From a virus: a stretch of 64,000 nucleotides of DNA. The stretch covers positions 32,001 through 96,000 of the IMG/VR virus record IMGVR_UViG_3300030419_005541; one strand, written 5' to 3'. The translations under genes were made by a program, and so were the position numbers. Positions 1-8,881 of the stretch are shown piece after piece. Below the pieces are notes generated by a model. It saw only the letters and a program-made list of their open reading frames with translations, was not told the origin of the DNA and did no database searches. Numbering within the stretch: the first letter of the stretch is position 1; each line of letters begins with the position of its first letter.

Positions 1-468
1 ATGAGTAACAGGAAGGGATTCACGTTGATAGAGTTAATTATGGTAATGGTAATAATTGGCATATTAGCGGCGGTATCAATTCCTAGGTTCGCAACTATTG
101 TAAGACAATCCGAAGCCGCATCAGAACAAGGTGTTCTCATCAGTATGGTAGCGGCTTTGGATACTTACTCTCACGAAAGATTTGTTGAAGATGGTGTATT
201 ACAATGGCCAACAAATCCTTTCGATGCTTTAAATAAAGTTCCACCCTCTTATGATAAGACTAATACTACTTTGATGAGAGAGATGACCGATAGTGATTGG
301 ATATATACCGGCGATGGTGATGAATATCCTAAACATATTGTTCATAGAAGAAAGGAAGATAGTTTAGCTATTTGGCCTTATAATCCTTTAACAGGTGAAA
401 TCGGATACGATGACCCACCTTATCAACCTTCAGGTATGTTATACAGACCTAATTTGGAGATACAATAA
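1..468 (+). CDS. Type IV pilin / T2SS pseudopilin-like protein
   Basis: Class III signal peptide: RKG|FTLIEL followed by hydrophobic helix ILAAVSIP. Confidence 0.88.
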   Translation: MSNRKGFTLIELIMVMVIIGILAAVSIPRFATIVRQSEAASEQGVLISMVAALDTYSHERFVEDGVLQWPTNPFDALNKVPPSYDKTNTTLMREMTDSDWIYTGDGDEYPKHIVHRRKEDSLAIWPYNPLTGEIGYDDPPYQPSGMLYRPNLEIQ

Positions 469-923
469 TGTTTAAAACTTTTAAGAAAGTTATAAATGAT
501 AAAATGAACGAAGGGTTTACCTTAGTTGAATTAGTAATGGTTATGATTATACTTGGTATTTTAGCCGCAGTCGCCGCACCAAAGATGACTAACGTTTTAA
601 ACCAAGCAACGGTTAGAGCCGAAAAGACCACGGTAGATATGATATGGTCAGGTTGTGAATCTTATGCGGGTGATAAACTCATTGAGACAGGCACAGAATC
701 CTGGCCATACAATCCATTAACAACATTTGGTAGAACAAGAAACTTAAAAATTAATTTAGAACTTGGTGTACCTGATGAAGATAATGAGTGGCAATTTAGT
801 TTAATAGATGCAGGAGAACCTGCTATATTTCATCACAGACCTGATGATGAGATTTACTATTATACTTATGATTCTACTAACTTTGAGTTAGCAGAAGAAC
901 CTGTTAGATACATCGCAAACTAA
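468..923 (+). CDS. Second type IV pilin / pseudopilin-like protein
   Basis: NEG|FTLVELVMVMIILGILAAVAAP; shares WPxNP and W..H motifs with the preceding pilin. Confidence 0.88.
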   Translation: MFKTFKKVINDKMNEGFTLVELVMVMIILGILAAVAAPKMTNVLNQATVRAEKTTVDMIWSGCESYAGDKLIETGTESWPYNPLTTFGRTRNLKINLELGVPDEDNEWQFSLIDAGEPAIFHHRPDDEIYYYTYDSTNFELAEEPVRYIAN

Positions 924-934
924 TAGTTATTAAT

Positions 935-1378
935 ATGAATATATCAGAACACGATAAAAACGTATTTAAAGAAATAGGTTTAATGTTTGGTATCGTAGTC
1001 TTATTGGGTTATGTAATTCTCGGACCTGATAAAGATGCTTTGCCAAATATTCAAACACCTTCAATGGAAGACTTTTATGAACATCCAATAGTAGCTTGGT
1101 CAGCATACGATAATAAAGGCGGTGCTTGTATAAAAGTTAGATATTCTGTACAGAGAAATAAAACAAAATTATATATGTTTGATTCAGAAGGAACTATCGT
1201 TCATCAGACTCCTTTATCTTTGAGTCCTTTCAAAGATGGTAGAGAAAGAACTGAAACTTATGTATGGAAGTTATATAGAACAGAATGGTCAGATTTTATA
1301 GAACCGGGTGTGTATACAATCATAGTCGGTACTGAATATGACAAACGTGGTATAGGTACTGAAATAGAAGTATTATGA
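935..1378 (+). CDS. Membrane-anchored protein with possible FlgD-like Ig domain
   Basis: N-terminal TM segment; LYMFDSEG...YVW...PGVYTIIV pattern resembles FlgD-Ig. Confidence 0.45.
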   Translation: MNISEHDKNVFKEIGLMFGIVVLLGYVILGPDKDALPNIQTPSMEDFYEHPIVAWSAYDNKGGACIKVRYSVQRNKTKLYMFDSEGTIVHQTPLSLSPFKDGRERTETYVWKLYRTEWSDFIEPGVYTIIVGTEYDKRGIGTEIEVL

Positions 1379-2001
1379 AGTATCTAACACTTATCCTATT
1401 ATTAAGTGTTACGTATTCTCAAGTTGATGAACAAGTTTTCATAGACCAAGATATCCAAAGAACATCAGAATTTAAAAGAGATGTTGCCTACGGACAAGAT
1501 TGTGATGATACAGAATATAGAGATTACAAAGGTTCACCTGCTTGGAAAGGTTATGGTGGTTGGTTATCTGAATGTGATTCAATTCGTTCAGTAAACTTAG
1601 ATAGAGAGTTTGCTGAAAAAGCAAAAATACGAGCAAGAGAAAAAGCAATCCAAGATAGTATTGATTTAGCATCTGTAGAAGATATAGATTTTGATTTAGA
1701 TGCTATGTGGGATAATACGGTTTGGGTTGAGATTCAAGATATAGAAGAAGAAATTGTATACGAAACAGAACAGGTAACTGCAGTTGCGGGAGTTCGCGGG
1801 GCGGAAGCAGAAGATGAAGCATTGGCCTTGTTATATTACAGAAGAAGTATGAAGGGTTTGGCTTTAATTGATTTACAAAAGGCCTACGGTAAATTACGAA
1901 ATACAAGAGATGGCCTTATGAAAGTTGACCCTAATCATCCTAAACTCGAAAAGATAAATAATCTCATATATCAATTAGAAATAAAAATGAAAAAAGTTTA
2001 A
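1375..2001 (+). CDS. Secreted hypothetical protein
   Basis: Sec-type signal MKYLTLILLLSVTYS; TAVAGVRG motif; overlaps previous stop. Confidence 0.6.
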   Translation: MKYLTLILLLSVTYSQVDEQVFIDQDIQRTSEFKRDVAYGQDCDDTEYRDYKGSPAWKGYGGWLSECDSIRSVNLDREFAEKAKIRAREKAIQDSIDLASVEDIDFDLDAMWDNTVWVEIQDIEEEIVYETEQVTAVAGVRGAEAEDEALALLYYRRSMKGLALIDLQKAYGKLRNTRDGLMKVDPNHPKLEKINNLIYQLEIKMKKV

Positions 2002-2039
2002 AAAACCGGTTGACACATATATGTATTTATGTATATATT
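2001..2039 (+). promoter_or_regulatory. Sigma70-type early promoter
   Basis: AAAAACCGG-TTGACA (2010-2015), 18 bp, TATATT (2034-2039). Confidence 0.75.
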
Positions 2040-2066
2040 TAAGTGTTATTTGATAAGAAAAGAATT

Positions 2067-2187
2067 TGATGGCTCTATTGCCGAAAGAGGAGTAGGAATA
2101 GAGTGCTGTGAGAAGCTTAAAATGTCAGACACAGGTCAACTCGGAGTAAAAAAGAATCGGCCGATAACTTTTTGAAACAGACCATCA
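2067..2187 (+). ncRNA. Candidate structured small RNA
   Basis: ORF-free interval between two promoters; TGATGG/CCATCA closing stem, CTCTATT/AATAGAG and CTGTG/CACAG inner stems. Confidence 0.4.
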
Positions 2188-2200
2188 TCTAAAATTTTTA

Positions 2201-2240
2201 AAAAAACCGGTTGACACGTATTGGTTTTTATTACTATATT
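2201..2240 (+). promoter_or_regulatory. Sigma70-type early promoter
   Basis: AAAAAACCGG-TTGACA (2211-2216), 18 bp, TATATT (2235-2240); AGGAG SD before 2278. Confidence 0.75.
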
Positions 2241-2277
2241 TAGATGTAAGTTAAAGAGAAAAGAAAAGGAGTTCTAA

Positions 2278-2631
2278 ATGGCTTATATGAATCAAGAGAA
2301 AAAAAAGAAATTGGCTCCCAAGATTAAAGATATCTTGAAGAGACACAATATGAAAGGCACACTTAGTGTCGATAATTACTCATCATTAAGATTGACTCTT
2401 CAATCAGGGTCGATTGATTTTGGTACTGACTCAATCAATGAGTATTGGTACAAAGACCACTTTGCTGATAATCCTAAAGCACTTAACTTTCTTAGTGAAG
2501 TTATTCCTGCGATGAATGTTGGAAATCACGATAATTCAGACCCAATGACAGATTACTTTGATGTCGGTTGGTATATCTCTGTTAATCTCGGAAGATGGGA
2601 TAAGCCTTACGTTTACAACGGAGGTAAGTAA
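2278..2631 (+). CDS. Phage early hypothetical protein
   Basis: Strong SD; C-terminal SDPMTDYFDVGWY motif familiar from phage early proteins. Confidence 0.75.
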   Translation: MAYMNQEKKKKLAPKIKDILKRHNMKGTLSVDNYSSLRLTLQSGSIDFGTDSINEYWYKDHFADNPKALNFLSEVIPAMNVGNHDNSDPMTDYFDVGWYISVNLGRWDKPYVYNGGK

Positions 2632-2632
2632 T

Positions 2633-2902
2633 ATGTGGAAAGAAATGAAATCATTTAGGTTTCTTCTTAGAAACAAACTCAATGGAAAGACCTTTAGTTA
2701 CACAGACCATTTAAATATTGCAGATAAGACTAAAGAATGGTACATCACTTGGGTAATGCAAAAACATTTTCTTAGTGACAACTTAGAAGTGGTTAGGATA
2801 TCTAAAGATGTTAGTGGACTTGGTCGTAGATTTGAAATGGTTTATTCTGAGTCAAAAGGTTGGCTTGAAGGTGACTTAACACAGGTTAATCCTTATGCTT
2901 AG
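2633..2902 (+). CDS. Hypothetical protein
   Basis: GGAGG SD supports start at 2633 rather than 2558. Confidence 0.65.
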   Translation: MWKEMKSFRFLLRNKLNGKTFSYTDHLNIADKTKEWYITWVMQKHFLSDNLEVVRISKDVSGLGRRFEMVYSESKGWLEGDLTQVNPYA

Positions 2903-3131
2903 AATTACTGAAATTAAAGATGAGAACATTTACTTTAATAATGGTAAGTACATTTGGATACTTTACTATCAAGGTTTATCTGCTCTCGGTAAAGGTCCAA
3001 ACTTGTGTACTGAAGATTGTATCAAAGTAGGTAAGGCTATGGGTGAGATTGGTTATGGTGATGCAGACATTGATGAATACAGAGAAGAGTTGAGATTTGA
3101 AAATCCGGAGGCGATGTATGGCGATGTCTAA
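2895..3131 (+). CDS. Hypothetical protein
   Basis: Tightly packed ORF. Confidence 0.6.
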   Translation: MLRITEIKDENIYFNNGKYIWILYYQGLSALGKGPNLCTEDCIKVGKAMGEIGYGDADIDEYREELRFENPEAMYGDV

Positions 3132-3363
3132 TCAAGCCTTAATAGATTTAGTTATTGAGAAGTTTGATGGAAGTATTGTAGAAGATAACAAATGGAGGGT
3201 TGATGGTTCTAAAGGTAATCACTATTGGGTAGAGTGGCATCCATTTCATAAACATTATAGTTGTGGATGTAAAGGTTATGCTTTCAGAAAAAAATGTAGA
3301 CACATTACAGAGGTTAGTAATCAATTTAAAAATAATTTAAAAAACCGGTTGACCTGTGTATGA
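3124..3363 (+). CDS. SWIM zinc-finger protein
   Basis: CGCKGYAFRKKCRH (CxC...CxH); GGAGG SD. Confidence 0.75.
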   Translation: MSNQALIDLVIEKFDGSIVEDNKWRVDGSKGNHYWVEWHPFHKHYSCGCKGYAFRKKCRHITEVSNQFKNNLKNRLTCV

Positions 3364-3378
3364 TTTTGTCCTTATATT
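3341..3378 (+). promoter_or_regulatory. Sigma70-type early promoter
   Basis: AAAACCGG-TTGACC (3349-3354), 18 bp, TATATT (3373-3378). Confidence 0.7.
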
Positions 3379-3420
3379 CTAATATGAGTTTTGAGTTAAA
3401 TATAAAGAATAGGAGTTTTA

Positions 3421-3690
3421 ATGACTTATGTTTATGAAACAACAATGGCAGGTAGAGCACTTGTTGTAGAATATTGCCATTCGTCTGTTACTGATTCCAT
3501 CAAAGTTGTCGATATGACTTGTGATGGTGAATATCACAGATTGAATTGGATGAATGATTATGGTAGAGAAACTTTGTTAGCAGAGTTAGAAGCAGATATG
3601 ACAGATAGAATGTGTGGAACAGGTGACTATGCTGACATTCCTGGATTCGAAGGAACTTTAGAAAATCTAAATGAAATAGGAGTTGCTTAA
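3421..3690 (+). CDS. Hypothetical protein
   Basis: AGGAG SD, directly behind promoter. Confidence 0.7.
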   Translation: MTYVYETTMAGRALVVEYCHSSVTDSIKVVDMTCDGEYHRLNWMNDYGRETLLAELEADMTDRMCGTGDYADIPGFEGTLENLNEIGVA

Positions 3691-3956
3691 TGAGATGTTC
3701 AATGGATAGATTTATTGATGAATTAACAATGGCATCTTATGAATCTGAGATGGACTTAGATAGAGATATGCCAGGTGATGAAGCATTTTTAGAATTTAAC
3801 AATATGGTAGATAATGATGAGGAAGATGTGATTACAGGCCATTTTGATGTTGATGTAGATGAAAATGGTCCTTTCATTACTCAATCATTTGATGATTATT
3901 TAGATGCTCATCCTGATTTTAATGCGGCATTAAATGGTCATCCGGATTGGATATAG
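3690..3956 (+). CDS. Small highly acidic hypothetical protein
   Basis: AGGAG SD; strongly D/E-rich. Confidence 0.65.
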   Translation: MRCSMDRFIDELTMASYESEMDLDRDMPGDEAFLEFNNMVDNDEEDVITGHFDVDVDENGPFITQSFDDYLDAHPDFNAALNGHPDWI

Positions 3957-4022
3957 TGGTAGAGCCTGCAGGTGCGTAGAGTCCACTCAAATAAACGGCA
4001 AAATGCAAGGCGTTTTTTCTAA

Positions 4023-4052
4023 GCGGTTTTTAGCCTTATAATAAAAAACCGC
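4023..4052 (+). terminator. Hairpin (terminator or processing element)
   Basis: GCGGTTTTTA...TAAAAAACCGC inverted repeat; no strong U tract. Confidence 0.4.
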
Positions 4053-4075
4053 CTCACTCTTTACAAAGGAAAGAT

Positions 4076-4408
4076 ATGAAAGAAACTTATTTTAATAATA
4101 TGTATAAATTAGGCAAACACGAAAGTGGTGGCATAACTGATATTGGTTTCATTGATTATATTAAAGAATTAGGATTCGTTGATAAAAATGAATTTATTAT
4201 TAGTGTTGGTGTTGTTTGGGAACGCAAAGATGACGAAATTCACATAGAACATATTTACGATAATACAGGTGTTCACGATGCTTCACCGGGTAAAGGTATA
4301 TTAGTAGATTTTAGTGATTGTTATCCTGACAATACTTATTCTAAAGAACACGAAGATTTATATGAGAGTATACTTATGTATGCTGAGTTAGATGAAACAT
4401 TTTTATAA
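4076..4408 (+). CDS. Hypothetical protein
   Basis: AAGGA SD; ORF. Confidence 0.65.
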   Translation: MKETYFNNMYKLGKHESGGITDIGFIDYIKELGFVDKNEFIISVGVVWERKDDEIHIEHIYDNTGVHDASPGKGILVDFSDCYPDNTYSKEHEDLYESILMYAELDETFL

Positions 4409-4425
4409 TAATAAAGGAGAGTAAT

Positions 4426-4806
4426 ATGTTAAGATGTTTAAAATGTCAAATGGTTGCAACAGATAGGGTGAGTTCAACAGCTCATAGTTATATCTGTTCA
4501 AGTTGTGTCACACGAATGATTCCGTTTGAACAAGACAAACCTAAACGTGTATCATCAGGTCGTCCTTCAGGTTGGCACTTTATGAAAGAATTTGTGGACA
4601 AAGATGGAAAGGTTTTTCATAAGGGCGTGGAACAACCTAAGTTGTTTGGCACACTGCCCGCTACTATAGTCAAGCCTAAGAAGAAGACAAAGCGCAGAAG
4701 TCAAGAAGAAATTCTATTAGCACGTAATGCTGAGAAGAAGGCCGCTATCAGAGATGCACTCAAGAAACAAAAAGACTTTATTAATCATAAGTTAGGAGAT
4801 ATCTAA
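4426..4806 (+). CDS. Zn-ribbon hypothetical protein
   Basis: CxxC...CxxC; GWHFMKEFVDKDG motif. Confidence 0.7.
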   Translation: MLRCLKCQMVATDRVSSTAHSYICSSCVTRMIPFEQDKPKRVSSGRPSGWHFMKEFVDKDGKVFHKGVEQPKLFGTLPATIVKPKKKTKRRSQEEILLARNAEKKAAIRDALKKQKDFINHKLGDI

Positions 4807-4952
4807 TGCCGAAGAAAAAAACTAAGAAGAAAATTTGGGGCGGGTACAATGTATACACTTACCTTGATAAAGATGGTAATGCTGTTAAATTTTTAGCACG
4901 TGATGATTCTGACGCAGATTTGTACAGAAATAAAATAGGAGCTACTGCTTGA
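4806..4952 (+). CDS. Small hypothetical protein (48 aa, absent from ORF track)
   Basis: AGGAG SD; MPKKKTKKKIWGGYNVY...; coupled to both neighbours. Confidence 0.6.
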   Translation: MPKKKTKKKIWGGYNVYTYLDKDGNAVKFLARDDSDADLYRNKIGATA

Positions 4953-5572
4953 AAAAAGTAATTGATTGTACTAAAAATGTTAATACATTAATTCATAAAA
5001 GACTCAAGGAGGTTACGGTTGAAGAAGGATTGGCTATCGCAACAGAATTATTTCAGATACTTAACGAAAGAAAAGACGGGATTGGGCTTGCGGCGAATCA
5101 AGTGGGAATTGATGCACAAGTGGCCGTTGTCAATGTTCGTGAACCTTTGGTACTCATCAACCCTAAGATTGTTAAGAAGGACAATGAGATTAAGTATTAT
5201 GAAGGTTGTTTATCTTTTCCAAGCAAAGGAGTACACACCAAAAGATACGAAACGATAGAAGTTAAAACGGAGCAGGTAGAAGGCAGTTGGATATTTAGTG
5301 GTGTTGAAACAGGTGGCGGTAAAGGAAGTTGGGAATCTGATGATAGTAAAAATAGTCGTGATTTAAGATTGTTAGAAGCTGTATGTGTCCAGCACGAGAT
5401 AGACCACTTGAATGGTATTGTTTGTATGGACAGAAAAATAGATACTACTTACAGAGCAGAAAAGAAAATTGGTCGTAATGAATTGGTCACAATTAAAAAA
5501 GGTGATGCTGTCAAAGTTTTAAAATACAAGAAAGTAAAAAATTTATTAAATGAAGGTTGGGTAATTGAGTAA
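4949..5572 (+). CDS. def: Peptide deformylase
   Basis: GIGLAANQ, EGCLS and QHEIDHL motifs. Confidence 0.95.
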   Translation: MKKVIDCTKNVNTLIHKRLKEVTVEEGLAIATELFQILNERKDGIGLAANQVGIDAQVAVVNVREPLVLINPKIVKKDNEIKYYEGCLSFPSKGVHTKRYETIEVKTEQVEGSWIFSGVETGGGKGSWESDDSKNSRDLRLLEAVCVQHEIDHLNGIVCMDRKIDTTYRAEKKIGRNELVTIKKGDAVKVLKYKKVKNLLNEGWVIE

Positions 5573-5717
5573 AGGATTAGCACAATTTATAAGAGATAAA
5601 ATGACTCGCGGTTATCCACATAGACCTTTATTAAATTGTTATAAAAGTTATTGTCAAGTACCGACAATAGAGATGTTAGAAAAATGGATTAAACAATATG
5701 CAGAAAAAAATAAATGA
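5565..5717 (+). CDS. Small hypothetical protein (50 aa, TTG start)
   Basis: Open frame filling the gap between def and the MazG-like gene. Confidence 0.4.
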   Translation: MSKGLAQFIRDKMTRGYPHRPLLNCYKSYCQVPTIEMLEKWIKQYAEKNK

Positions 5718-5964
5718 TAAATTAGATTATAATACAGAGTTGATGTTAATCACAATGGAAGAGTGTGGTGAACTTATTGAAGCGTGTTCAAAGGCAGTAA
5801 GATGTGAAGACTACACGATTGATAAACTTACAGAAGAAGCGGGTGATGTTTTGTGTATGATTAATCTAATGATTGAAAAAGGTATCCTTAACGACAGAGA
5901 ATTGAATAATAGAATACAAACTAAAAAAATGAAACTATTGAAATGGAGTAATCTAATTAAGTGA
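5698..5964 (+). CDS. MazG-like nucleotide pyrophosphohydrolase
   Basis: EECGEL...EEAGDV metal-binding pattern. Confidence 0.85.
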   Translation: MQKKINDKLDYNTELMLITMEECGELIEACSKAVRCEDYTIDKLTEEAGDVLCMINLMIEKGILNDRELNNRIQTKKMKLLKWSNLIK

Positions 5965-6842
5965 AAAATTTAGTTTTTACATCTGCCGGTAAACGTGAAT
6001 TTAGAGATAAAGATAATAAGCCTTTACTAAATAATAATCCTATAGATGAATGGACTAAAGGTTTAAAAGATTTTGATTTAGTAACTTATTGTTATGATGA
6101 TAGTGAGATTGGAAAAAACAAATCTAATCTTTGGGTATATAAACCTGGATTTACAAAGTATCAAAACTTTTGGCATTATGCTACTTTATATCCTGAACAT
6201 TTAGAGCAGTATGATTATGTTTGGGTTGTAGATGATGATATGTTTATGTCTACGGAAGATATTAATAAGATGTTTCAGATGATGGAAGATTATAATCTTG
6301 ATTTAGCACAACCATCTATAAGTGTAGATGGTATGAATTACATTCGTATATTTCAACATCATTCTAAATACATATTAAGATATACTGATTATATTGAATG
6401 TTGTGCTATGTTACTTAGTAAACGAGGATTAGATAAAGTTAAAAGTACTTTTAGTGAAACTATTACAGGATGGGGATGGGATGCACTTGTAAGTGATATG
6501 ATTTTTGAAGAAGGTCAAAACAATGTTGCTATTCTTGATGCTGTACAAGCATATCACGGAATGTCTATGTCTTCTATTAATAGAGTTATGACAAGAGAAT
6601 TACATAGAGTAGAAGGAACTAATTTATTAAAAAAATATAATAAGGAAAAATTGATATTAGGTAACCATAAGGTTCTTGGTGGTATACAACTAAATGGTAA
6701 ACCTTTAGATATAGTATCATATAAACCTGAAGCAAAATCACAATATTTTGTAAAAGTAAATCTTGGTGATGTAGTAACTTGGAAACCTAAATTATTACAA
6801 CACGGCGGTAGACCGCAAGTGAAGGCAGGAGGAGAAAAATGA
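5961..6842 (+). CDS. DUF707-like / GT-A glycosyltransferase
   Basis: YDYVWVVDDD, LDLAQPS and GWGWD motifs. Confidence 0.75.
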   Translation: MKNLVFTSAGKREFRDKDNKPLLNNNPIDEWTKGLKDFDLVTYCYDDSEIGKNKSNLWVYKPGFTKYQNFWHYATLYPEHLEQYDYVWVVDDDMFMSTEDINKMFQMMEDYNLDLAQPSISVDGMNYIRIFQHHSKYILRYTDYIECCAMLLSKRGLDKVKSTFSETITGWGWDALVSDMIFEEGQNNVAILDAVQAYHGMSMSSINRVMTRELHRVEGTNLLKKYNKEKLILGNHKVLGGIQLNGKPLDIVSYKPEAKSQYFVKVNLGDVVTWKPKLLQHGGRPQVKAGGEK

Positions 6843-7033
6843 AACCTATAGAAGTAATTAAACAATTAGTAAAAGATAATCCTAATGATATGCAGTTAGG
6901 AGAACTTGTTAGACAATATATTCGAGAACTCGAACCTCCTATGAATTGGATAGAGGGTATGTCTCGTGAACGGAAAGGCACGTGGCCTGGAACTGATGCT
7001 ATTTTAAATGGAGCTAATGTTGATAAAAAATAA
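6839..7033 (+). CDS. Hypothetical protein
   Basis: PNDMQLG motif; GGAG SD. Confidence 0.6.
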   Translation: MKPIEVIKQLVKDNPNDMQLGELVRQYIRELEPPMNWIEGMSRERKGTWPGTDAILNGANVDKK

Positions 7034-7139
7034 AAGTCTTATACTAAATTTATTTGTATGGTTAATTTTTATACCAGGTATGTCTGTATTGTCTTGGTAT
7101 GGAGTTTATAAATTAGTGATGTGGTTATTATATGGGTAA
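7017..7139 (+). CDS. Small membrane protein (40 aa)
   Basis: GGAG SD; single hydrophobic helix. Confidence 0.45.
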   Translation: MLIKNKSLILNLFVWLIFIPGMSVLSWYGVYKLVMWLLYG

Positions 7140-7248
7140 AAAATATTCTGATGCAGGTAAAGGTGATAAAAGCCGAGTAACTAACAAAAAGAAATATGCC
7201 GAAAATTGGGAGAAGATTTTTGGTAAAAAGAAGAAAGGAAAAAAATGA
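7132..7248 (+). CDS. Small basic phage protein (38 aa)
   Basis: GKGDKSR...YAENWEKIF motif typical of small phage ORFs. Confidence 0.55.
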   Translation: MGKKYSDAGKGDKSRVTNKKKYAENWEKIFGKKKKGKK

Positions 7249-7565
7249 TAGCAACGTATTTTATAATGGGTGTTTTAGCACCATCGATTTTAAATTTAAT
7301 ACATTTAGTTATGGGAATTTATGTTGTAGTGGCACGAGGTAATATAATGAGTTTAGGATTTTCTGCTATGGGATTCTTAACCAAAACAATAGGTATGTTA
7401 TTTTTAACTTGGTTAGGTATTGAGATAGTTGGATTAGATTATAGAATCTATGTTCCAATACTTACATTTGTTTGGTTCTTCTCTCACGTAGCAGAAGCAT
7501 TTGTGATACAACATTATATGGAAAAGAATGTACCTGAACGGTTACAAAAATTACAAGTTAAATAG
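7245..7565 (+). CDS. Multi-pass membrane protein
   Basis: About three hydrophobic helices. Confidence 0.65.
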   Translation: MIATYFIMGVLAPSILNLIHLVMGIYVVVARGNIMSLGFSAMGFLTKTIGMLFLTWLGIEIVGLDYRIYVPILTFVWFFSHVAEAFVIQHYMEKNVPERLQKLQVK

Positions 7566-7574
7566 GAGTTAATT

Positions 7575-7673
7575 ATGATGGAAATATATATAAGTCTTTC
7601 AGCATTTGCTGTAGTATTTGTATTGTCAATGGTTTTATATTGGTCAGATATTGAGGACTTTTTTAAATTCTAA
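7575..7673 (+). CDS. Small membrane protein (32 aa)
   Basis: AGGAG SD; one TM segment; stop overlaps next ATG. Confidence 0.45.
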   Translation: MMEIYISLSAFAVVFVLSMVLYWSDIEDFFKF

Positions 7674-8881
7674 TGAAAAAAGCATTTACATTTGATGATG
7701 TACAAATTGTACCTCGATACTCTGAGTTAAAGTCTCGTGAAAAAGTAAATTTAGATTCTAAGTTTACACCTAATACTACTTTATCATTACCATTAGTAGC
7801 ATCACCTATGGACACTATTTGTGAATATAAGATGGCTAATGAAATGTTAGACGTAGGTGGTGTTGGTGTTATACATAGATTTCAAAGTATTGAAAAACAA
7901 GCAATGGATATGAAGAGACTTTGGAATCGATGGGATGGTTGGTACAATATAGGTGATGCGGATAAAGATAGAACAGACCATACACAAGCATTTGAAGATT
8001 GGTATAATCGTTTAAGCCATTGGAATCATCCGCCTACTAAATCTGATTACGAAGACTTACACGAATCACTTTGGTTTGTAGATGAGGCTGTTAAGGATGA
8101 AGACTATTGGAGTAAAAGACCTCTATGTGCGGCAGTTGGTGTTACAGGTGACTATCTTGAACGAGCGCAAGAATTAGTCAATAATGGTTGTAATGTACTA
8201 CTTATAGATGTAGCACATGGTCATCACAAATTAGTCAAAGACGCTCTAAGGAGAATCAAAAATGAAATCAAATCAACAAGAACCTTGGAGACGGTGGTTG
8301 GGTCAATCGCCACTAAGGAATCAGCAAGAGATTGTATTGAATGGGGCGCAGACGCTCTCCGAGTTGGAATCGGAAATGGTTCATTATGCGAAACAAGAAT
8401 CAGGACCGGTGTCGGAATACCTCAGGTTACTGCTCTTATTGATGTGTGTTCCATTGCTGACGATGTTGGTATTCCTATCATCGCTGATGGTGGTTGTAGG
8501 TATGTGGGTGATGTGGCTAAGTCATTGGGTCTTGGAGCCTCTTCAGTTATGGTTGGCTCGTTATTTGCCGGGACAAAAGAAACACCAGGAGAAATAATTA
8601 AACAAGGAGAATGGCCAAATGAACGACTTTATAAAAAATATAGGGGGAGCGCTTCTCTCGATAGTAAATCACACAGAAGAGAATATGGCAACATTGAAGG
8701 AAACTCTAAAATCATTGAATACAAAGGTAAAGTCTTCAGGATTATATCTGATATTCGTGATGGTCTTCGCTCAGCTTTTTCATATGTTGGCGCGGGTGAT
8801 GTTTTGGATTTTCAAGCCAAGGCAAAATTCGTACAAATCACAGAGTCCGGTAGAATCGAAGCGAAACCACACTTATTATGA
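7673..8881 (+). CDS. IMP dehydrogenase / GMP reductase family protein
   Basis: TFDDV, SPMDT, IDVAHGH, GIGNGSLCETR (catalytic Cys), IADGG. Confidence 0.92.
   Translation: MKKAFTFDDVQIVPRYSELKSREKVNLDSKFTPNTTLSLPLVASPMDTICEYKMANEMLDVGGVGVIHRFQSIEKQAMDMKRLWNRWDGWYNIGDADKDRTDHTQAFEDWYNRLSHWNHPPTKSDYEDLHESLWFVDEAVKDEDYWSKRPLCAAVGVTGDYLERAQELVNNGCNVLLIDVAHGHHKLVKDALRRIKNEIKSTRTLETVVGSIATKESARDCIEWGADALRVGIGNGSLCETRIRTGVGIPQVTALIDVCSIADDVGIPIIADGGCRYVGDVAKSLGLGASSVMVGSLFAGTKETPGEIIKQGEWPNERLYKKYRGSASLDSKSHRREYGNIEGNSKIIEYKGKVFRIISDIRDGLRSAFSYVGAGDVLDFQAKAKFVQITESGRIEAKPHLL

Noticed and set aside
3965-4012. Resemblance to a pistol-type ribozyme (GTG...CAC then AAATA)
   Set aside because: No downstream complement to the loop to form the pseudoknot
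4021-4055. Resemblance to a preQ1-I riboswitch (GGTT...ATAAAAAAC)
   Set aside because: The A tract pairs in a simple hairpin, there is no P1 stem or GTTC loop, and it is far from the que genes
5612-5620. Perfect DnaA box TTATCCACA
   Set aside because: Single copy inside a probable small ORF; expected by chance
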